From IMG/VR virus record IMGVR_UViG_3300036716_000305, positions 1 to 52,777 of that record: a DNA stretch of 52,777 nt; one strand, given 5' to 3'. Every line of letters starts with the position of its first letter. Position 1 is the stretch's first letter. Position numbers and translations under genes: made by a program. The notes beneath the pieces are model-generated. The model was not told where the DNA came from and did not search any database. It worked only from the letters and a program-made list of their open reading frames with translations. The stretch is from a virus. Lineage: Duplodnaviria; Caudoviricetes. Below, piece after piece: positions 37,243 through 43,183 of this stretch.

Positions 37243-37562
37243 TTATTACTCCTATGTTATTGTTTATAACTTTCTCTGCACCGGTAATCCATACTGTATG
37301 CCAGCCTCTAAAGCCTCTTTGCGATGTCTTTCGCTCCTTGCTCTTATGTGGCTAGCGACAATGTTAAGAAGCAAGAAAGTACCCTCATACAATTGCACCC
37401 CATCTTTAACCTCTTCGCCCTCAGATACTTTTATAACATTATCGATGTATCGTATAGCCGCTTCAGCGGATTCTACATCTGAAAACACTCCGTGCCACTC
37501 TAGTAGCCTCCATTCTGCGTCAGTTAACATATTATTACTCCTATATTATTGTTTATAACTTT
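37243..37562. repeat. 31-bp direct repeat pair (37243-37273, 37532-37562) flanking one gene
   Basis: TTATTACTCCTATRTTATTGTTTATAACTTT, one mismatch. Confidence 0.85.
37264..37530 (-). CDS. Hypothetical protein
   Basis: AGGAG RBS provided by the repeat. Confidence 0.65.
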   Translation of the reverse strand: MLTDAEWRLLEWHGVFSDVESAEAAIRYIDNVIKVSEGEEVKDGVQLYEGTFLLLNIVASHIRARSERHRKEALEAGIQYGLPVQRKL

Positions 37563-37570
37563 TTCCTCCA

Positions 37571-37654
37571 CTAGGGGAGACTCAGCCCCAGTATAGTAAA
37601 CACTATAAGCCATGTGCTTATGGTTACCGCAAGCACTAACATCATTTTTAACAT
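37571..37654 (-). CDS. Small hydrophobic peptide (27 aa; not in ORF track)
   Basis: GGAG RBS; MLKMMLVLAVTISTWLIVFTILGLSLP. Confidence 0.4.
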   Translation of the reverse strand: MLKMMLVLAVTISTWLIVFTILGLSLP

Positions 37655-38188
37655 TTAATCATCTCCATTATTCATAAAGCCGTACTGATCTATCGACAAA
37701 AGCCATTCATTCCTTGCAATGTCCATGTCTGATGGTGCTAGCTTGTCACCCTCTACCCAGTCTACAAATGGAACTCCCCACACTACTCGAGTTTTCTGTT
37801 TATTACTCTCTAGTGCTTCAACTGCAAGCTTAGCCCTCTCTTCACCATTAAAATCTGTCTTACCTTTGGGCGCATATACCCTTACAGGGTCATCATATTT
37901 GTTTAATCTTGACCTTGCTGCGGCTTCATTCAACCTACACTTCACCATAAGATCTTTATAGTTTATTTCGTCACCATTTGACAAAATGTACGTCTTAAGT
38001 TTTGCATACACTCTCCTACCGCTTTGTGTTCCGGCCTTTTTAAAGATTTCTTCTTTAGTTTGGGCTTTTCTTAGCCTATACCTTACAGCGCCATTAGTTT
38101 TAAGACCAGTAACCTCCTTTATTTCATTGACTGTTACTTTAAAACCATCTGGAAGTGTGTGCACTACAGCCTTTCTACCTCTTTTCAT
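37655..38188 (-). CDS. Putative DNA-binding protein with two HTH-like repeats
   Basis: TVNEIKEVTGL...VRYRL and NYKDL..KCRL...ARSRL repeats; basic. Confidence 0.55.
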   Translation of the reverse strand: MKRGRKAVVHTLPDGFKVTVNEIKEVTGLKTNGAVRYRLRKAQTKEEIFKKAGTQSGRRVYAKLKTYILSNGDEINYKDLMVKCRLNEAAARSRLNKYDDPVRVYAPKGKTDFNGEERAKLAVEALESNKQKTRVVWGVPFVDWVEGDKLAPSDMDIARNEWLLSIDQYGFMNNGDD

Positions 38189-38601
38189 TTAATTCTCCTT
38201 GTTTTGGTCCAGTGATTGGGTGCATATTCTACATCTTCTTCTATGTAAACATCAGGCTCATCTTCTTCGATGTAGTCATCATCGTTCAAGTCTGTAAAGA
38301 CAAAACGATCGTTACCTCCCTCGTAGATGTCAGAGTCACCCGTATCTTTTGCTTCTTGTTTTGCTGCCCTCTCATTGAGCATGATAGCCATACACTCATT
38401 CATCGCATCAAGCGGAGAGATGATCTCTGAAGATGTTATATTTAATTCTATTGTGTGAATTAAACACTTGCCGGTGATTGAGCGAACCTCCATCGTTTCT
38501 TTACCAAAAGACAGTAACACACCAATCAGCCTTACATCATCAGTAAATTGGTGAAACACTTTGATAAATCTTCCTCGATTACTTCCTGTCCATGCTTTCA
38601 T
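38185..38601 (-). CDS. Hypothetical protein with acidic C-terminus
   Basis: Coupled ORF, AGGAG RBS. Confidence 0.6.
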   Translation of the reverse strand: MKAWTGSNRGRFIKVFHQFTDDVRLIGVLLSFGKETMEVRSITGKCLIHTIELNITSSEIISPLDAMNECMAIMLNERAAKQEAKDTGDSDIYEGGNDRFVFTDLNDDDYIEEDEPDVYIEEDVEYAPNHWTKTRRIK

Positions 38602-38765
38602 CTCAAATCTCCTAAATATCTACTCGCATCCATCCATAACGACTCATAAGAGCCTAGCTTGGCTAGTTTAAGCCTAACATCACCGGGCAATTCATCCCAG
38701 TGGTTATATACCGCCCATTTATTAAGTAATTTCACTTGATTTCTATTTAATGTTCTTGTTGACAT
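38598..38765 (-). CDS. Hypothetical protein (55 aa; not in ORF track)
   Basis: AGGAG RBS; MSTRTLNRNQ...; ATGA overlap downstream. Confidence 0.55.
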   Translation of the reverse strand: MSTRTLNRNQVKLLNKWAVYNHWDELPGDVRLKLAKLGSYESLWMDASRYLGDLR

Positions 38766-38871
38766 CGTATTTCTCCTGTGTTTTCTTATTAATTTTATTA
38801 GCTGTTTCCTTGATGCCCACCATACAGTAGGCTATCAAGAGAGTGATTAAACCTAAAAGTATGATAATCAT
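38743..38871 (-). CDS. Small membrane peptide (42 aa; not in ORF track)
   Basis: ATGA overlap; MIIILLGLITLLIAYCMVG... Confidence 0.45.
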   Translation of the reverse strand: MIIILLGLITLLIAYCMVGIKETANKINKKTQEKYDVNKNIK

Positions 38872-39083
38872 GCGTACATACCATCTATGAACTCTATTTC
38901 AACCCCGATACATCTGTCGGGATCTCCTTGGGCTTCACATTCTCTAGTGGATAGCCAATGACCCTCGCCAGACATATCCTCAGTTAGATGAACGCAGTGC
39001 TCGCAGTGTTCGCAATGAATACCATCATCGAAAACCTCATCCATGCAGTATTGTCGGTCTGCTAACCATTGTTCCTTACTCAC
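38868..39083 (-). CDS. Small Cys/His-rich protein
   Basis: GGAGGTG RBS + GTG; HCEHCEHCVH. Confidence 0.6.
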   Translation of the reverse strand: MSKEQWLADRQYCMDEVFDDGIHCEHCEHCVHLTEDMSGEGHWLSTRECEAQGDPDRCIGVEIEFIDGMYA

Positions 39084-39249
39084 AATTCACCTCCTCTTCA
39101 AAGTTCAACGCTAAATTTACCACTTTAACGTCATCATATCCGTTGTCAGTCCAACTCTGTTTGATGCGTAACGCTGTTTCTTTACAAACAAGGTGATTAA
39201 CAACCTCTGCGCCACCAACCCATACTGTATATGTGCCTTCTCTTTTCAT
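39076..39249 (-). CDS. Hypothetical protein (57 aa; not in ORF track)
   Basis: AAGGAG RBS; MKREGTYTVWVGGAEV... Confidence 0.6.
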   Translation of the reverse strand: MKREGTYTVWVGGAEVVNHLVCKETALRIKQSWTDNGYDDVKVVNLALNFEEEVNCE

Positions 39250-39259
39250 TTCTTACTCC

Positions 39260-39982
39260 TTATAGGTTTATTAACTTACTAATTGTGTCAATCACAAAGC
39301 CACTTGTATCTTTCTTTGCTGACCCTTTGGCTGACAATCCAACGACAACGCGTTTCTCATCTAAGAATCGCATATCGTGCTTATCTCCATCAATTACCTT
39401 TCGACCCTTAAAGGTCTTAGGGAATATCTTTGTTCTGAATACTACGGCAATGTTATTATCTGTATCCCACACATGCTCCAGAGACTTGAGATATTCTTCA
39501 GAGTGTTCGCTGTAGCTGTATGTAAGATGATAATTGCTAGGAAGTACCTTGTTGGATCTGTTGCCAACCTTAGTATAGTCATAGAACTGAATGTCCGGGA
39601 ACTCTTCCACGACCTTGAACCAGTTGACATCCGAAATAACATTTAGTCGAACAACTGGGATTTCGCCTTTCTTTTGGCATTTTATTTGTATCTTGGCAAG
39701 CTCACCTCTCAAGATCATCATAAATGTCTTGCGGTCTTTGTGAAATAACTCAGCCTTAGCCTTACGAGCTTTGATTACATTTGGGAAATTACCATGACCT
39801 GCTGATCTTAAGCATCCCTCCGTGCATCCAGCTTGCTCTTGCTTTGGACACAAGATAGGGTCTGGGTACAACGAAAGACCAAAAGTAACGTACTTCTTAA
39901 GGCCTCTAATAGCCATTTCGATGGCTAATTCGTTACTTTTCTCAAGTTTGGCATTGGACTTGCCGGGTGCTAGTAGTTGCAT
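39260..39982 (-). CDS. Gene-product-88-like protein (divergent radical-SAM-like, three-Cys motif)
   Basis: LCP...AGC..GCL..AG.G, VRLNVISD, FYDYTK, NYHLTYS, DGDKHDMRFLD. Confidence 0.75.
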   Translation of the reverse strand: MQLLAPGKSNAKLEKSNELAIEMAIRGLKKYVTFGLSLYPDPILCPKQEQAGCTEGCLRSAGHGNFPNVIKARKAKAELFHKDRKTFMMILRGELAKIQIKCQKKGEIPVVRLNVISDVNWFKVVEEFPDIQFYDYTKVGNRSNKVLPSNYHLTYSYSEHSEEYLKSLEHVWDTDNNIAVVFRTKIFPKTFKGRKVIDGDKHDMRFLDEKRVVVGLSAKGSAKKDTSGFVIDTISKLINL

Positions 39983-40032
39983 ATTAATGCTCCTTTATTA
40001 TTATTAATTATCAATTGCTTATGGTGTAAGTT

Positions 40033-40522
40033 TAACACACCTCATTGCCATCTGCAAGTTTTTATCCTCACAAATGGCAATAGGTTGTATTATTGTTGCT
40101 TGTTAGATGGAGCAAAGTCAACATGCGCCACAGTAAACTCTGGCACTTTGAACTTAGACTCTTGAGATTGACCCATTGTCGGTGTAACCGTAACAATGAC
40201 AGGTGAACCAACCTTGAAATGATTGTTCAAGAACTCAGCAGTACTTTCAAAGGCCGTAAGAGGGAAGAACTCCGCTCTTGACTCGCCCTTAACTTGGTAG
40301 TTATGAGCCACCGATACCTTGGTGACTGACTTCTTACCGTTACGTGCTGGGAAATACTTAAGTGCTGCAATGTTACCTGCTAATGTGAAAGTTGTTTTCA
40401 TGATATTTATACCTTTTGTTTTATTATAAGTGCCTCCGTAGCCTCATGACTACAGATAGCGTGATGTATTTAATAACACATCTCATTGCCATCTTTATTG
40501 AAGATAGCAATAGGCTGTATTA
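40033..40522 (-). repeat. Two related long hairpins (40033-40092, 40474-40522), each starting at a TAA stop
   Basis: Minus strand TAATACARCCTATTGCYAT...AGATGGCAATGAGRTGTGTTA with different loops. Confidence 0.75.
40090..40401 (-). CDS. ssb: Short bacterial-type single-stranded DNA-binding protein (OB fold, no acidic tail)
   Basis: LAGNI, VSVAHN, EFFPLTAF..TAEFL..HF.VGS.V.V. Confidence 0.7.
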   Translation of the reverse strand: MKTTFTLAGNIAALKYFPARNGKKSVTKVSVAHNYQVKGESRAEFFPLTAFESTAEFLNNHFKVGSPVIVTVTPTMGQSQESKFKVPEFTVAHVDFAPSNKQQ

Positions 40523-40606
40523 CTTGATAAGAATCCAAGCGATTATAAAAGGAATAGCTGTCAGGCATGCTCCAGATATTACTAATAACATTTCTGCATC
40601 GTTCAT
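40520..40606 (-). CDS. Small membrane peptide (28 aa; not in ORF track)
   Basis: ATGA overlap; MNDAEMLLVISGACLTAIPFIIAWILIK. Confidence 0.4.
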   Translation of the reverse strand: MNDAEMLLVISGACLTAIPFIIAWILIK

Positions 40607-40842
40607 AGCACCCCCCATCGCTCTAGTTGAGCCTCTGTGAAGTCTCCATACTTGCCAAATGCCTTCAAGTCATGGCGAAATTGAGCTTCCTCCATCTCTT
40701 GGGTTTCGCTCAGTATCAACAAGAGCCTTTCTATCTCAGACCCTTGTTGACCCTCTGTCAAGTACTCAAACCACTCACAAACCTCTTCGCTTGGTCTGGA
40801 CAAGTGTACTTCTTTCCAGCAATCACTAAACATATTAAACAT
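40603..40842 (-). CDS. Early hypothetical protein
   Basis: GGAGGTG RBS from repeat 1. Confidence 0.7.
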   Translation of the reverse strand: MFNMFSDCWKEVHLSRPSEEVCEWFEYLTEGQQGSEIERLLLILSETQEMEEAQFRHDLKAFGKYGDFTEAQLERWGVL

Positions 40843-40906
40843 AACGCACCTCCAGTGCTAAAGTAAACGATAGAGACTGCTCGTTAGAACAGCCTCGACT
40901 CTTACT

Positions 40907-41164
40907 CTATCCAATCCCAAAGTTCATTGAACATATGAACTTATAAATAGCTGGCTGAGACTTGCCATTAGGCCAGATCTTAGTCATCTTAAAGGACTGT
41001 GTGTATGGCTCTTCTTTCATGAACCATTTACGAAACGCAACGCGTCTCTTTGGTGAACTATCAAGTTCCTTAATCCACTTAGGATTAAACACCTTAAACT
41101 CAATTAAGGATTCGCCCGACTCATGGTGTGTTGCACCTGTCATTTCATAGCTTTCTTCTAACAA
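40907..41164 (-). CDS. Early hypothetical protein
   Basis: TTG start behind the GGAGGTG RBS of repeat 2. Confidence 0.65.
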   Translation of the reverse strand: MLEESYEMTGATHHESGESLIEFKVFNPKWIKELDSSPKRRVAFRKWFMKEEPYTQSFKMTKIWPNGKSQPAIYKFICSMNFGIG

Positions 41165-41227
41165 TTTGCACCTCCGTGCTTAAAGTAAACGATAAAGGCT
41201 ACTCTATGAATAGCCTTGACTCTTACT

Positions 41228-41413
41228 CTACAACTCATGCTCTAACCCATACAGGCCAGACTGCTTATGTTTCCTTGTATATGAGCCTTTGACTCCAAAT
41301 ACAAAGTCAATATAGGCGGCTATGTGTGCTGAATGACTAGTGCAAGATCTGTACTTATCAAACGCACATTTAGCTTGTTGTAACGCTCTTTCTTCTCTTT
41401 CTCTATGTAACAC
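41228..41413 (-). CDS. Early hypothetical protein
   Basis: GTG start behind the GGAGGTG RBS of repeat 3. Confidence 0.65.
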   Translation of the reverse strand: MLHREREERALQQAKCAFDKYRSCTSHSAHIAAYIDFVFGVKGSYTRKHKQSGLYGLEHEL

Positions 41414-41483
41414 AATGCACCTCCGTGCTTAAAGTAAACGATAGATACTACTGGGTCTCAGTCCAATAGTATCGACTCTTACT

Positions 41484-41765
41484 CTAAATATGACCACCAC
41501 GCACACCCTTGCTACCACCAGCAAAACCATACGCACACTCAAGACTATCCCAAGCCTTAACATCCTCAGAGAGGAAGTCAACACAGACAACCCACTCCAT
41601 GAACATCGAAGACCCAACACCACACATAGCCTCAACCATGTGGTAAGCCTCGTCCTCAGTGCCAGCCTCAACAACAATCTCCTGACCAAACTTGTACTTC
41701 CATACAGGGTTAGTTGCATCGCCATAGTTCTCTTCTACCTGTGTAATTGCTTTATATGTGTTCAT
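41484..41765 (-). CDS. First early gene, hypothetical acidic protein
   Basis: AAGGA RBS; TQVEENYG...WKYKFG; stop coincides with repeat 3. Confidence 0.7.
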   Translation of the reverse strand: MNTYKAITQVEENYGDATNPVWKYKFGQEIVVEAGTEDEAYHMVEAMCGVGSSMFMEWVVCVDFLSEDVKAWDSLECAYGFAGGSKGVRGGHI

Positions 41766-41803
41766 TGTATTTCCTTATATTATTATTAAATTATTAGATC
41801 TAT

Positions 41804-41833
41804 TCTCGTCCTACGGGTTATAGAGAATAAATT
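41804..41833 (+). promoter_or_regulatory. Putative phage RNAP promoter (rightward, toward the packaging/late module)
   Basis: Exact 30-bp match to the reverse complement of 30552-30581. Confidence 0.75.
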
Positions 41834-42023
41834 ATTTTCTTGAGCGCCTTTTAGAGTTACGACCCAGACTCACACAAGGTAGGCGCAATAGGGACGAGCT
41901 GTTAAAAGCTCACACTACCACAATGGGTCACCCAGTATCTATATGTATCTGAGAGATGAATATGTCCATCTTCCTCTGATGCCATAGATACCTATTGAAA
42001 CATTGAGTATGATAAGCTCTTCG

Positions 42024-42496
42024 TGTACTATAAGCTGACCTTTGGGAAGCAAAGACACTGAGTGTACTTAGTGTACTTGAGTGTGCTTGTATGTACAATG
42101 TATGTACAATGTATGTACCATTGAGTACCCTTGGGGTTAAACATACGTACACCACACGCACCATCAGTACACCATGATCCCTACAGTAACTCAGCGAATA
42201 CAGTGTACCTTATGGTGATAATGTACCCACAATGTACCCACAGTACCCATCTGTACCCATCTGTACCTATATGTATCATGCGACCTTTGGGAGCAGTGTG
42301 ATCTTAAAGTACTGTGTGTACCTATAAGCCGCCATCCGTCCTGTTAGTCATCGATCGTACTATATACGACCTCTGGGAGTTAAGGGGGGTGTGGAATCTA
42401 TTCGTCCCCCATCAATTATATAGATAACTCACAAACGACGAAAGGTACCAAACGTCAGAACAGCACCAACAATACTAACAATACTAACAATACTAA
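42024..42496. repeat. Short-repeat-rich non-coding region (possible terminus, origin or pac region)
   Basis: Many GTAC-cored repeats (TGTATGTACAA, GTACCCAYM), GACCTYTGGGA x3, AACAATACT x3. Confidence 0.7.
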
Positions 42497-42658
42497 TAGG
42501 TTAAATTAGAAACCATACAGGTCTCTCACAGAGCCCGTTCGCACCCTAACCCAAACTTAGCGGTCTGGTGGATGCAACAGCTGGTTGCGTAAGAACATAC
42601 AGGGAAAGTTAAGATCTTCGGAGACTTAGCAGATTTGTATGGTTCCTAATATAACTTA
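42497..42658 (+). ncRNA. Candidate structured RNA upstream of terS
   Basis: 28-bp closing stem (42497-42524/42631-42658, 2 mismatches, 3 G-U) enclosing hairpins, including a C(UUCG)G tetraloop. Confidence 0.55.
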
Positions 42659-42684
42659 AATTTCTAGAAAGTAAAGGAGGCTAT

Positions 42685-43173
42685 ATGCCTAGAAAACATG
42701 ATAAACCTGATTACAATATTAGTGATAAGATTGCGGATCAGATAAGGGATGCAGTCCACAAAGGATTAGATGGCAACCTTATTGTTAAGAGTGCTAAAAG
42801 GTCTAGAACGCAAGCACAGATTGATAGAGATACAAATCCTACAGAGGATCAAATAAAGAACAGGTGGTCCGAAGGGGTGTCTGGAAATCCTGCGGGAAGA
42901 CCTAAAGGTTCAAAAAATAAAATAACTGGAGTTTTAGAAGCTATTACTAGGGGTGATGGATTAAGCCCTGCTGAAATGATGATGGAGATTGCAAGACGTC
43001 AATTTGCTCAAGAAACTACAGCTGGTGATGCATTGGCACTTAAGGTTATCGTTGAGGCTAATAAGTTTATTGAAACTACTGCGGATACTAAAGCTACACT
43101 TCAAGATGTTAAAGCAATGTCAGACGATGAGATTCGTACAGAAGTATTAAGATTGGTAGGAAACGATAAGTAG
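42685..43173 (+). CDS. terS: Terminase small subunit (DUF5681-type motif)
   Basis: WSEGVSGNPAGRPKGSKNK; directly upstream of terL. Confidence 0.75.
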   Translation: MPRKHDKPDYNISDKIADQIRDAVHKGLDGNLIVKSAKRSRTQAQIDRDTNPTEDQIKNRWSEGVSGNPAGRPKGSKNKITGVLEAITRGDGLSPAEMMMEIARRQFAQETTAGDALALKVIVEANKFIETTADTKATLQDVKAMSDDEIRTEVLRLVGNDK

Positions 43174-43183
43174 GAGTATTATT

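Larger units (their letters stand above)
40846..41486 (-). repeat. Three intergenic stop-hairpin-RBS repeats (40846-40909, 41168-41230, 41417-41486), RNase III-site-like
   Basis: Minus strand TAGAGTAAGAGTC-[variable 10-11 bp hairpin]-TATCGTTTACTTTA(A)GCAC(T)GGAGGTGC. Confidence 0.9.

Noticed and set aside
40846-41486. CRISPR array or integron attC cassette array
   Set aside because: The 'spacers' are 190-260-bp ORFs, the repeats contain stop codons and RBSs, and no cas or integrase gene is in the window.
30552-41833. Invertible segment or transposon bounded by 30-bp inverted repeats
   Set aside because: No recombinase or transposase is seen; position and sequence fit promoters better. Not formally excluded without reads.
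41928-42164. 78-aa minus-strand ORF in the repeat region
   Set aside because: No convincing RBS; low-complexity translation of short repeats.
42525-42630. tRNA or known small ribozyme
   Set aside because: A GTTCG is present, but I could not build a cloverleaf or hammerhead/twister/pistol core by eye; kept as an unknown structured RNA.
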